This document shows positions 26,817 to 36,253 of a stretch of 64,000 nucleotides of DNA, one piece after another (position 1 is the stretch's first letter; every line of letters begins with the position of its first letter). Position numbers and translations under genes: made by a program. The notes under the pieces are model-generated. The model saw only the letters and a list, made by a program, of their open reading frames with translations, was not told the origin of the DNA and searched no databases. This DNA is from an uncultured Actinomycetota bacterium (GTDB taxonomy: Bacteria; Actinomycetota; Actinomycetes; JAHEKZ01), in NCBI GenBank assembly GCA_963718235.1, contig CAVQYR010000001.1, forward strand, positions 2,176,001-2,240,000, read 5' to 3'.

Positions 26817-29729
26817 TCAGCTGCAGCCGCTGGTGGCGCCACACCCTTCGCAGACGTAGCAGGAGCCTGCTGGACGCATCTTGGTGCCGCAGGTGAAGCA
26901 CATCGGAGCGTCGGACGCGGTTCCCTGCAGCGCCTCGAGCAGCTCGGTCGAGGAGTGTGCCCCCGTGACCTGCCTGCCTGAGGACTCGATGACCTCGTCG
27001 TCGGTCTTCTCGAGGTGCTCAACGACCGGGGCTGACTGTGCCAGCGTGTCCAGCTCGGCCTGGACGTCGGGGTCAGGACCGGGGAAGTCGTTCCCGTCGT
27101 CCAGCTCCTCGTACGATCCGGTCTCCAGGTAGCGCGTGCGCTCCTCGGCGGTGTAGATGCCCAGCGCCGAGCGCGACTCGTAGGGCAGGTAGTCCAGCGA
27201 CAGCCGCCGGAAGATGTAGTCCATGATCGACTGCGCCATCCGCACGTCGGCGTCATCGGTCAGACCCGCCGGGTCGAAGCGCATGTTCACGAACTTCTGC
27301 ACGTAGGTCTCGAGCGGGACGCCGTACTGCAGGCCGATCGACACCGCGATCGAGAAGGCGTCCATCATCCCGGCCAGGGTCGAGCCCTGCTTGGACATCT
27401 TCAGGAAGATCTCGCCCAGGCCGTCGTCGGGGTAGCGCGAGGCCGTCATGTAGCCCTCGGCGCCGCCGACCGAGAACGACGTGGTCGTCGCCGGGCGGTT
27501 CTTCGGCAGCCGCTTGCGCGTGGGCCGGTACTCGATGGTCGGGGCCACCGGTGCGGCCTCGGCCTTGACACCGTTGTCACGGCTGGTGCCCTTGGCGTCG
27601 GACAGCGGCTGGCCCACCTTGCAGTTGTCGCGGTAGATCGCCAGGGCCTTCAGACCGAGCTTCCAGCCCTGGAAGTAGATCTCCTCGATCTCCTCCACCG
27701 TCGCGGTCTCCGACATGTTCACCGTCTTGGAGATCGCCCCGGACAGGAACGGCTGCACCGCAGCCATCATCCGCACGTGGCCCATGGGAGCGATCGTGCG
27801 CGCCCCCATGGCGCAGTCGAACACCGTGTAGTGCTCGGGCTTGAGCCCCGGTGCGTCGATGACGTTGCCGTGCTGGCTGATGTGCTCGACGATCGCCTCG
27901 ATCGTCTCCTGGGTGTAGCCGAGCCGGTGCAGGGCCCGCGGCACGGTCTGGTTGACGATCTGCAGCGAGCCGCCGCCGACCAGCTTCTTGAACTTCACCA
28001 GCGCCAGGTCGGGCTCGATGCCGGTGGTGTCGCAGTCCATCATCAGACCGATGGTGCCGGTCGGGGCGAGCACCGACGCCTGGGAGTTGCGGTACCCGTT
28101 GGCCTCCCCGAGGGTGATGACGTCGCTCCACACCTGCGTGGCCACGACGTGGACGTCCTTGTCGAGCGAGCCATGGGTGCGCACCGAGTCGTTGGCTGCG
28201 GCGTGCTTGCGCATGACCCGCTTGTGCGCCTCGGAGTTGCGGGCGTAGCCCTCGTAGGGGCCGACCACGCCGGCCAGCTCGGCCGAGCGGCGATACGCAG
28301 TACCGGTCATCAGTGAGGTGATCGACGCCGCAAGCGCCCGGCCGGCCTCGCTGTCGTAGGCCAGGCCTGAGGCCATGAGCAGCGCCCCGAGGTTGGCGTA
28401 GCCGATGCCCAGCTGACGGAACTTGCGCGTGGTGTCACCGATCGCCTCGGTCGGGAAGTCGGCGAAACAGATCGAGATGTCCATCGCGGTGATGACCAGC
28501 TCGACCACCTTGGTGAAGGTCGGTGCGTCGAAGGTGTCGTCGTCGCGCAGGAACTTCAGCAGGTTGATCGAGGCCAGGTTGCAGCTGGAGTTGTCCAGGT
28601 GCATGTACTCGCTGCACGGGTTGGACGCGGTGATCCGGCCGGACTCCGGGCAGGTGTGCCAGTCGTTGATCGTGCCGTCGTACTGGATGCCGGGGTCGGC
28701 GCACGACCAGGCGGCCTGGCTGATCTTGCGGAACAGCTCACGGGCGTCGACGGTGTCGATCACCGAGCCGTCGGCCCGGGCGCGCAGCCCGAACGGCGCG
28801 CCGTCCTCGACCGCGTGCATGAACTCGTCATTGACCCGCACCGAGTTGTTGGCGTTCTGGTACTGGACGCTGGTGATGTCCTTGCCACCGAGGTCCATGT
28901 CGAAGCCGGCGTCACGCAGCGCGTGGATCTTGGCCTCCTCGCGGGCCTTGGTCTCGACGAACTCCTCGATGTCGGGGTGGTCGACGTCGAGCACGACCAT
29001 CTTGGCCGCGCGGCGCGTGGCGCCCCCGGACTTGATCGTTCCGGCCGCTGCGTCGGCCCCGCGCATGAAGGACACCGGGCCGCTCGCGGTGCCGCCTGAG
29101 GACAGCAGCTCCTTGCTGGAACGGATCCGGGACAGGTTGAGCCCGGCACCGGAGCCGCCCTTGAAGATCAGGCCCTCCTCGCGGTACCAGTTCAGGATCG
29201 AGTCCATGGTGTCGTCGACGGCGAGAATGAAGCACGCAGAAACTTGCGCCTTTGACGGAGTGCCGACGTTGAACCACACCGGGCTGTTGAAGCTGAACAC
29301 CTGGTGCAGCAACATCCAGGTGAGCTCGTGCTCGAAGATCTCCGCGTCGGACGGCGTGGCGAAGTAGTCGTGCTGCTCGCCGGCGGCCCGGTAGGTCTTG
29401 ACCACGCGGTCGATCAGCTGGCGCAGGCTCCACTCGCGGGTGTCGCTGCCGACCGCCCCGCGGAAGTACTTGGTGGTGACGATCGTGGAGGAGATGACCG
29501 ACCAGAAGTCGGGGAACTCGACCCCACGCTGCTCGAACACCGACTCGCCGGTCTTCCAGTTGGTCTGCACGACGTCACGCCGCTCCCAGACCACCTCGTC
29601 GTAGGGGTGGATGCCAGGGGTCGTGAAGATGCGTTCCATCGCCAGGCCCTTCCGGATGATCTCCGGTCGGTCGTTCGATGGCTCGCCGCTGTCGGTGTGC
29701 TGCGGCGAACCGCTCACCATTTCGGTCAT
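26817..29729 (-). CDS. nrdJ: Vitamin B12-dependent (class II) ribonucleotide reductase
   Basis: FNSPVWFN, SACFI, NPCSEY, APTGT, GIEPD; C-terminal TSCPD-like domain and CxxC..CxxC. Confidence 0.97.
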   Translation of the reverse strand: MTEMVSGSPQHTDSGEPSNDRPEIIRKGLAMERIFTTPGIHPYDEVVWERRDVVQTNWKTGESVFEQRGVEFPDFWSVISSTIVTTKYFRGAVGSDTREWSLRQLIDRVVKTYRAAGEQHDYFATPSDAEIFEHELTWMLLHQVFSFNSPVWFNVGTPSKAQVSACFILAVDDTMDSILNWYREEGLIFKGGSGAGLNLSRIRSSKELLSSGGTASGPVSFMRGADAAAGTIKSGGATRRAAKMVVLDVDHPDIEEFVETKAREEAKIHALRDAGFDMDLGGKDITSVQYQNANNSVRVNDEFMHAVEDGAPFGLRARADGSVIDTVDARELFRKISQAAWSCADPGIQYDGTINDWHTCPESGRITASNPCSEYMHLDNSSCNLASINLLKFLRDDDTFDAPTFTKVVELVITAMDISICFADFPTEAIGDTTRKFRQLGIGYANLGALLMASGLAYDSEAGRALAASITSLMTGTAYRRSAELAGVVGPYEGYARNSEAHKRVMRKHAAANDSVRTHGSLDKDVHVVATQVWSDVITLGEANGYRNSQASVLAPTGTIGLMMDCDTTGIEPDLALVKFKKLVGGGSLQIVNQTVPRALHRLGYTQETIEAIVEHISQHGNVIDAPGLKPEHYTVFDCAMGARTIAPMGHVRMMAAVQPFLSGAISKTVNMSETATVEEIEEIYFQGWKLGLKALAIYRDNCKVGQPLSDAKGTSRDNGVKAEAAPVAPTIEYRPTRKRLPKNRPATTTSFSVGGAEGYMTASRYPDDGLGEIFLKMSKQGSTLAGMMDAFSIAVSIGLQYGVPLETYVQKFVNMRFDPAGLTDDADVRMAQSIMDYIFRRLSLDYLPYESRSALGIYTAEERTRYLETGSYEELDDGNDFPGPDPDVQAELDTLAQSAPVVEHLEKTDDEVIESSGRQVTGAHSSTELLEALQGTASDAPMCFTCGTKMRPAGSCYVCEGCGATSGCS

Positions 29730-29804
29730 CTGCTGATGTCCTCCTCATGGACAACGAACTGCTCGGTACCGGACTTCCCTGCCGGCCGGGGGTTGGGGGC
29801 CCGA

Positions 29805-30290
29805 CTACGGGCGTGGGGTGGGCTCGGGCTCGCGCCCGATCGGTTCACGTTCGGCGCGCAGCAGCGTGACCTCGGCCTCGAAGTCCTCCAGGGACTCAAA
29901 GCTTCGGTAGACCGAGGCGAACCGCAGGTAGGCCACCTCGTCGAGCTCGCGCAACGGGCCCAGGATCGCCAGGCCCACCTCGTGGCTGTCGATCTCGGCG
30001 CTGCCGGCGGCCCGGACGGTCTCCTCGACCTGCTGGGCGAGCACGGCCAGGTCGTCGTCGCTGACCGGGCGCCCCTGGCAGGCCTTGCGGACCCCGGAGA
30101 CCACCTTGGCCCGGCTGAACGGCTCGGTGGCCCCGGACCGCTTGACCACGACCAGGGTGGCCGTCTCGGCGGTGGTGAACCGGCGCCCGCACTGGGCGCA
30201 CTGCCGGCGCCGGCGGATCGAGGTGCCGTCGTCGGCGACCCGGGAGTCGACCACCCGGGTGTCCTCGGCGCGGCAGAACGGGCAGTGCAT
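29805..30290 (-). CDS. nrdR: Transcriptional repressor NrdR
   Basis: [22 protein letters not shown]-cone, [10 protein letters not shown]. Confidence 0.97.
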   Translation of the reverse strand: MHCPFCRAEDTRVVDSRVADDGTSIRRRRQCAQCGRRFTTAETATLVVVKRSGATEPFSRAKVVSGVRKACQGRPVSDDDLAVLAQQVEETVRAAGSAEIDSHEVGLAILGPLRELDEVAYLRFASVYRSFESLEDFEAEVTLLRAEREPIGREPEPTPRP

Positions 30291-30424
30291 CGCTGCCGCC
30301 TCCTCGCGCTCGGGGTCTGGTTCTGGGCTGGTGCCGCCGGGGGAACGGGGCTCCCTGGACGCCGTCACGAGGCCGGGCTGGGGATACCGCTGGGGATCTC
30401 CTGGGGAGAACCTGTGGGTGACCA

Positions 30425-30472
30425 ACCACAATCTGTGGATGACTTACAGGGATGTAACTACTAGATGTGGGG
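30425..30472. promoter_or_regulatory. Tandem NrdR boxes
   Basis: ACCACAATCTGTGGAT (30425) and ACTACTAGATGTGGGG (30457), starts 32 bp apart, upstream of nrdR-nrdJ. Confidence 0.7.
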
Positions 30473-30603
30473 GTACCGTACGCGCCCTGGCCGACCAGAT
30501 CAAGGGGCCGGGCCGATCTCGTCTGCGGTCGGCGTGTCGCGCGCTCACGCCCCGCTCAGGAACCCGTGACTGCCGGGGCGACGGTGCCCGCACCGGCCGT
30601 GGC

Positions 30604-31003
30604 TCAGGCCGGGACGAGCAGCGACTGTCCGGCCACGACGCCGGTGTCGGACAACGCGTTGAGGTCGATGATCCGGGCGACCGTCTCCCGCGGGTCGGTG
30701 TCGGGGTCGACCGCGACCGCCACGGTCCACAGCGTCTCGCCGGGCTGGACCACCCAGGTCGTGGCCACCGGAGCCGAGCTGGACGACGTGCCCGCCGGCG
30801 GGCGTGGGCTCGGCCTGGGCCCAGACCCGCCCGGCCGAGATCAGGGCGAACACCGCCACCGTGAGCAGCACCAGGACGACCAGTCGGCCTCGACGGGTCA
30901 GCCGAAGGGAAGCCGGCTGGGCCGGCGCCACGGCGACGGCGTGGGCCGCTTCGTCGGCTGGGCCGGACGGGCGGGTCGGGTGCTCGGCGAGGGTGTGGCT
31001 CAT
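30604..31003 (-). CDS. LysM membrane protein (SOS cell-division inhibitor, ChiZ/YneA-like) with a +1 frame break near 30792
   Basis: LRLTRRGRLV + TM helix; after removing one G: VVQPGETLWTVA...DPRETVARIIDLN...GQSLLVPA*; divergent from lexA. Confidence 0.8.
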
Positions 31004-31044
31004 GGTCGGCTCCTGCGGTGCTGGTGCGGGCTTTCGGGGGAAGG

Positions 31045-31154
31045 TCGAACGACTGTTCGATCGAACGCCTGTACGAGTTGTACCCCAGGATCGAGCGGGA
31101 AGTCCAGCCTTTCCGGGCGACACGCTCGTACAGGTGTTTGAAACCTTTGTTCGA
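31045..31154. promoter_or_regulatory. Cluster of LexA (SOS) boxes
   Basis: TCGAACGACTGTTCGA (31045-60, perfect), TCGAACGCCTGTACGA (31061-76), TCGTACAGGTGTTTGA (31126-41), TGAAACCTTTGTTCGA (31139-54). Confidence 0.85.
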
Positions 31155-31257
31155 GTGCGGCTACTGTCCTGACCAGAGTGATCGAGGGGTCTGACAGTTC
31201 CGCGGCCGAGGCTGACCGGCGGGCCAGGCTCCTGCCGAGGCAAGTGGCGGAGGCGAC

Positions 31258-32010
31258 ATGAGCACCAGCGACACCAACACCCCGCGGGCGACCCCCACCG
31301 AGGGGAAGCCGGTCGACGGGCCTGTCGACGGGTCGGCCGACGTCGTGTCGATCCCGGACGGGCCGGCCGACTCGGTGGGGCTGACCGCCCGCCAGCGCCG
31401 GGTGCTCGACTTCATCAGCGAGTCCGTAGAGCGCCGCGGCTACCCGCCGTCCATGCGTGAGATCGGTGAGGCGGTCGGGCTCACCAGCCCCAGCAGCGTG
31501 TCCCACCAGCTCACCGCGCTGGAGCGCAAGGGCTACCTGCGCCGCGACGCCAACCGCCCCCGGGCGATCGAGGTGGTCTCCCCCGACCCGGCCGAGCCCG
31601 GCTACGACGTCACCGGCGTGGGCGACGACCGGCCCGCGCCCTCCTACGTGCCCGTGGTCGGGCGGATCGCCGCCGGCGGCCCGATCCTGGCCGAGGAGGC
31701 GATCGACGACGTCTTCCCGCTGCCCCGCCAGCTGGTCGGCGACGGCAACCTGTTCCTGCTCAAGGTGATCGGCGACTCGATGGTCGACGCCGCCATCTGT
31801 GACGGCGACTGGGTGGTCGTGCGCCAGCAGCCCAACGCTGACAACGGCGACATCGTGGCGGCCATGCTCGACCACGAGGCCACGGTCAAGACCTACAAGC
31901 GCCGCGATGGCCACGTGTGGCTGATGCCGCACAACCCCGCCTACGAGCCGATCCTCGGCGACGACGCGACCGTGCTCGGCCGGGTCGTGGCCGTGCTACG
32001 CCGGGTCTGA
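31258..32010 (+). CDS. lexA: SOS repressor LexA
   Basis: [17 protein letters not shown] cleavage site, GDSM catalytic Ser, ATVK catalytic Lys. Confidence 0.98.
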   Translation: MSTSDTNTPRATPTEGKPVDGPVDGSADVVSIPDGPADSVGLTARQRRVLDFISESVERRGYPPSMREIGEAVGLTSPSSVSHQLTALERKGYLRRDANRPRAIEVVSPDPAEPGYDVTGVGDDRPAPSYVPVVGRIAAGGPILAEEAIDDVFPLPRQLVGDGNLFLLKVIGDSMVDAAICDGDWVVVRQQPNADNGDIVAAMLDHEATVKTYKRRDGHVWLMPHNPAYEPILGDDATVLGRVVAVLRRV

Positions 32011-32028
32011 GCCGGGTCTGCGCCGCGT

Positions 32029-32619
32029 ATGAGCATGGCCGCCGAAGACGCCGCAGTCGCGCTCGAGCACGCCGTCGCCGCCAGCTGCGAGGCGCTGACG
32101 CAGACCCTCGACCGCGACTGGACCACCACCGCCGACGACCTCACCTGGTCGGTGCGCACCACCGTCGAGCACACCGCGAGCTGTCTGGTCGGCTACGCCG
32201 GGCAGGTGGTGGGCCAGCCCGAGCGCGGCTGGGTGGTGCCCGACGCTCCGCTCGAGCCCCAGATGACCTCAGCCGACGCCGTGGCGTTCCTCGCGGCCTC
32301 CGGTGCGATCCTCGCCAGCGTGGTGCGGACCACACCGCCCACCGCCAGGGGCTTCCACCCCTACGGCACGTCGGACCCGGAGGGCTTCGCCTGCATGGGG
32401 ATCGTCGAGTCCCTCGTGCACACCTACGACGTCATGGCCACGTTCGGCGTCCCGTGGCAGCTGCCGTCCGCCTCGGCTGCGACCGCGCTGCAGCGGCTGT
32501 TCCGCGACGCACCGCAGGGCGACCCGGTCGACGTGCTGCTGTGGTGCTGCGGGCGTCAGCCGCTCGACGACCTGGCCCGGCAGGAGAAGTGGCGCTGGGA
32601 CGGCACCCCCCTGGCCTGA
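32029..32619 (+). CDS. DinB/mycothiol-dependent maleylpyruvate isomerase N-terminal domain protein
   Basis: WSVRTTVEH and ESLVHTYD metal-binding pattern; LLWCCGR. Confidence 0.75.
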   Translation: MSMAAEDAAVALEHAVAASCEALTQTLDRDWTTTADDLTWSVRTTVEHTASCLVGYAGQVVGQPERGWVVPDAPLEPQMTSADAVAFLAASGAILASVVRTTPPTARGFHPYGTSDPEGFACMGIVESLVHTYDVMATFGVPWQLPSASAATALQRLFRDAPQGDPVDVLLWCCGRQPLDDLARQEKWRWDGTPLA

Positions 32620-32647
32620 CCCGCTCGGCGCGGGCAGGATCGGCCGC

Positions 32648-33052
32648 GTGAGCGAACCGCAGACGAACCCGCCGGCACCGCTGCCGACCACCGGGTGGTG
32701 GGGCTCGGTGCTCGAGGCCCCCGACCCCCGCGCACTGTGCCGCTTCTACTCCGCCCTGCTCGGCTGGCCGATTGCCCACGAGTCCGACTCGTGGTGCACG
32801 ATCAAGGACCCGCGGGCCGAGGTGTACCTCGGGTTCCACGTCTCGCCCGAGCTCATCGCTCCGGTGTGGCCGCCGGCCGACGGCGCCCAGCAGAGCATGG
32901 GCCACCTCGACCTGGAGGTCACCGACGTGCCCGGTGCCGTCGCGCTGGCCCTGGCCCACGGCGCCCGCCTCGCCGACTTCCAGCCGCAGGACGACGTGCG
33001 GGTGATGCTCGACCCGGTCGGCCACCCGTTCTGCCTCTACCGCAGCAGCTGA
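32648..33052 (+). CDS. VOC family protein
   Basis: PDPRALCRFYSALLGW, HLDLEV and MLDPVGHPFCL. Confidence 0.9.
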   Translation: MSEPQTNPPAPLPTTGWWGSVLEAPDPRALCRFYSALLGWPIAHESDSWCTIKDPRAEVYLGFHVSPELIAPVWPPADGAQQSMGHLDLEVTDVPGAVALALAHGARLADFQPQDDVRVMLDPVGHPFCLYRSS

Positions 33053-33060
33053 GCCCTTGC

Positions 33061-33103
33061 TTCGCGCCCGATCGGTCCCGATTCGGGCGCAATCGGGCGC
33101 GAA
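33061..33103. terminator. Branched inverted repeat between convergent genes
   Basis: TTCGCGCCCGAT...ATCGGGCGCGAA with an inner CCCGA/TCGGG stem. Confidence 0.55.
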
Positions 33104-33110
33104 ACCGGGG

Positions 33111-33683
33111 TCAGTTGGCGGTGACGGTTCCGGTGATCGCGCCCTGCGCGAACGCCGCCTCGCCCACGGTGAGCAGCACGTTCTGGGTCTTGGCAGTGGT
33201 CGGGATCCGGGTCGGGCGGTCCAGCGCCAGGACGGTGAACACGTAGCGGTGGGTGCCACTGCCGGACGGCGGGCACGGCGGCGTCCAGCCCGGAGCTCCG
33301 TTGCTCGTCTCGTACTCGACCGCGCCGGGCGGGGTGTCCGCGCCGGGCAGCGAACCGGCGGCCGGGTCCAGGTTCGTGGTCAGCCGGTGCACGTAGTCGC
33401 CGCCCTTGGCGTCCGGGTCGTGCACGACCACCGCCACCGACTCGGTGCCTTCGGGCAGGTTGGCCCACGCGATCGTGGGGAACGCGCCTTCGCCGACGCA
33501 GGTCTCCGACGCCGGCAGCGGCTCGCCGTCGGCGAAGCTCGGGGAGGTGACCTCGATCGTCGACGGCACATCCAGGTCGGGGACGTCGACGTCGGGACCG
33601 CTCGCGCAGCCGGACGCCGCGAGCCCGACCGACGCCGCGACCACCGCAGCGCGGAGGGCGGCTCGGCGCGACGGGAGTCTCAC
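33111..33683 (-). CDS. YbhB/YbcL (PEBP) family lipoprotein
   Basis: Lipobox-like AASGC; VHDPDA, PPCPP and HRYVFTVLALD. Confidence 0.88.
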   Translation of the reverse strand: MRLPSRRAALRAAVVAASVGLAASGCASGPDVDVPDLDVPSTIEVTSPSFADGEPLPASETCVGEGAFPTIAWANLPEGTESVAVVVHDPDAKGGDYVHRLTTNLDPAAGSLPGADTPPGAVEYETSNGAPGWTPPCPPSGSGTHRYVFTVLALDRPTRIPTTAKTQNVLLTVGEAAFAQGAITGTVTAN

Positions 33684-36222
33684 CCCGGCGACGTTACCTG
33701 CAGCTCCTGCTGGCCCTGCTGGCCCTCCTGCTGGCCGGCCGAGACCGTACCGCTGACCACCACGACCCCGTCGACCCGAGCCGGGCAGTCCGGGCGGGCG
33801 CCTGGGTCGGGGGGCAGCCACCACCGGCTGGTGGCCTCCGGCGGTGCCGCGTCGGGGTCGAGGTCGCCCAGGCCGACCCAGGCGACGACATCGCCACGCC
33901 GGGCGGTCACACCCCCGTCGACGGCGACGGCCGGCCAGTCCTCGGCGACCAGCGCGTCGACAAGCGCTCCAGGATCGCTGGCGACCTGCGCCGGCAGCAC
34001 GGTCAGCAGGTAGGCCAGCTCGCGATCGGCCCGGGGTGCCTCCTCGCCGTCGGCCCACACCACCCGCCCGGTGAGACCGGCCTGCCGCAGACGGGTGACG
34101 ACCGCACCCCGGGAGCGCCCGAGCTCCTCGGCGAGCACCGCCGGCGGAACGCCCTCGTCGAAGCGTCGCAGCAGGAGGGCGTGCTCGTCGTCAGTCCACC
34201 GCCGTCCGCGTCGTTCGGTGTCGGCCGGAGAGGGGCCGGCCGGTGACTCGGCTGCCGCCACCGAGCCGAGCCCCGCAGGCACCGGGAGCGGCGCCGGTGC
34301 GTCGGCCGCGATCGCGGCCAGCGACCGGCGCACCGCGGCCGGATCGGTCGTGGCCCACATCGGCGGCAGCGACGCCCGGACGATCGGCGCGTAGCGCGCA
34401 TGGGCCAGCCGTGGAGTCGAGCACCGCCACGACCCCACGGTCCTCGGCCGAGCGGATCAGCCGACCAGCTCCCTGGGCCAGCCGCAGCGCCGCAGCTGTG
34501 ACCGCCACCACGACGAATCCATTTCCACCGGCCGCAGTGACCGACCGCTGGCGCGCGGAGGCCAGCGGGTCGTCGGGGCGGGGGAAGGGCAGCCGGTCGA
34601 TCACCACGAGCTGGCAGGCCGAGCCGGGGACGTCGACGCCCTGCCACAGCGACAGCGTGCCGAACAGACACGTGTCGGCGTCGGCGGCGAACGCGCGCAC
34701 GAGGGCTGCGGTGGAGTCGTCCCCCTGGCACAGCACGGGGACGTCGAGGCGCTCACGCATCGCCTCGGCCGCAGCGGTGGCGGCCCGCATCGACGAGAAG
34801 AGCCCGAGCGTGCGCCCGCCGGCGGCCTCGACCAGCTCGGCGAGCTCGTCCATCGCTGCGGCCGCCGTCCCGTCCCGGCCGGGAGGCGGCAGGTGCGCAG
34901 CCACGTACAGGATCGCCTGGCGGCCGTAGTCGAACGGCGAGCCGACGTCGAGCCCCCGCCAGGTCGGTGCATCGTCACCCACCAGGCCGACCGAGCGCGC
35001 GATCGCGTCGAAGTCACCGCCCAGGGTGAGCGTGGCTGACGTGAGAACCACCGTTCCCCGCGCGAAGAGGGTGTCGCGCAGCAGCCCACCGACGAACAGC
35101 GGGGCGCGCCACAGGGTCGGCCCGCGCCGCTCGGAGCGGGTGATCCACACGACGTCGCGCTCCCCCGCCGCCACGATCCGGCCGGCCACCTCGTACACCT
35201 CGTCGACCGCAGCCCGGGCCCGGATCCGGGCGGCGCCGTCACCGTCGTCGCCCTTCCCGGCCGAGCCCATCGCGGCCAGCACTGAGTGCCCGGCGTCGCG
35301 CACGGCCACGAGCGCGTCGAACAAGGCGCTCGTCGGCCGGTCGAAGCCGACCCTCTTCGCTGTCGAAGAGCGCGCGGGTGAGAGCGGCCGCCGCCTCGTC
35401 GAGCAGGTCGGCCTCGCGGTCCCCCGCGTACTTGTGCGCGCGTCTGCCGGCCCGCTCGACCATGGCCGGGGTCAGCTCGTCGGTGACCGCACCGGTGGCC
35501 CGGTCCGCGAGCTCGTGTCCTTCGTCGACGATGACGACATCGTGCTCGGGCAGCAGGGTTGCCTCCGAGAGGGCATCGATCGCGAGCATGGCGTGGTTGG
35601 TCACGACGACGTCGACGTGCTTGGCGCGCTCACGGGCCAGCTCGGCGAAGCACTCGGTGGCGTAGGGGCACCGCTGGGCCCCCAGGCACTCGTGCGGAGT
35701 GACCGACAGCGAGCGCCAGGCCTTGTCGTCGGGCGCCGGGGCGAGCTCATCCTTGTCCCCGGTCTGCGTCGTGGCCGCCCAGGTGCGGATCCGCACGGCG
35801 TCACGCCCGGCGCGCGACGTCGGCGTGAGGTCGAACAGCGCGTCGTCCTCGTCGGGTGCCTCGGCCCCGGCGTTCAACCGGTGCAGGCACAGGTAGTTGC
35901 TGCGCCCCTTGACCATCGCGAACTCCGGACGCCGACCGAGGTGCGGCTCCAGGGCGTCGACCACACGCGGCAGGTCGCGGTCGAACAGCTGTCGCTGCAG
36001 CGCGATCGTCGCCGTCGCGATGACCACCGGACCGTCGTGGAGCAGGGCGGGAACGAGGTACGCCAATGACTTGCCGGTGCCCGTGCCGGCCTGGACGAGC
36101 AGGTGACTCCCCTCACCGATCGCGTCGGCCACCGCCTCGGCCATCTCCTGCTGGCCGGGCCTAGGCACTCCCCCGATCGCCTCGACGGCCGCAGCCAGCA
36201 GCTGCTGGACGTCGTTGGTCAC
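33680..36222 (-). CDS. dinG: DinG family ATP-dependent helicase with C-terminal extension; +1 frame breaks near 35344 and 34412
   Basis: AGTGTGKS, Fe-S Cys (YLC, EC..RC..EC), DEGH, SAT, WQGVDVPG, QGAGRLIR. Three ORF pieces join into one reading. Confidence 0.85.
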
Positions 36223-36253
36223 CGGGTCAGCGTACGCACCGCCGGCGGCCCGG

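Noticed and set aside
29745-29805. Cobalamin riboswitch-like AGGGAAGTCCGGT upstream of nrdJ
   Set aside because: The interval is too short and lacks the remaining conserved elements (GCnACTG, B12 box).
29805-33050. Very high GC3 of nrdR-lexA suggesting foreign origin or a chimeric join
   Set aside because: Not quantified; synteny is canonical and expression-related codon bias suffices.
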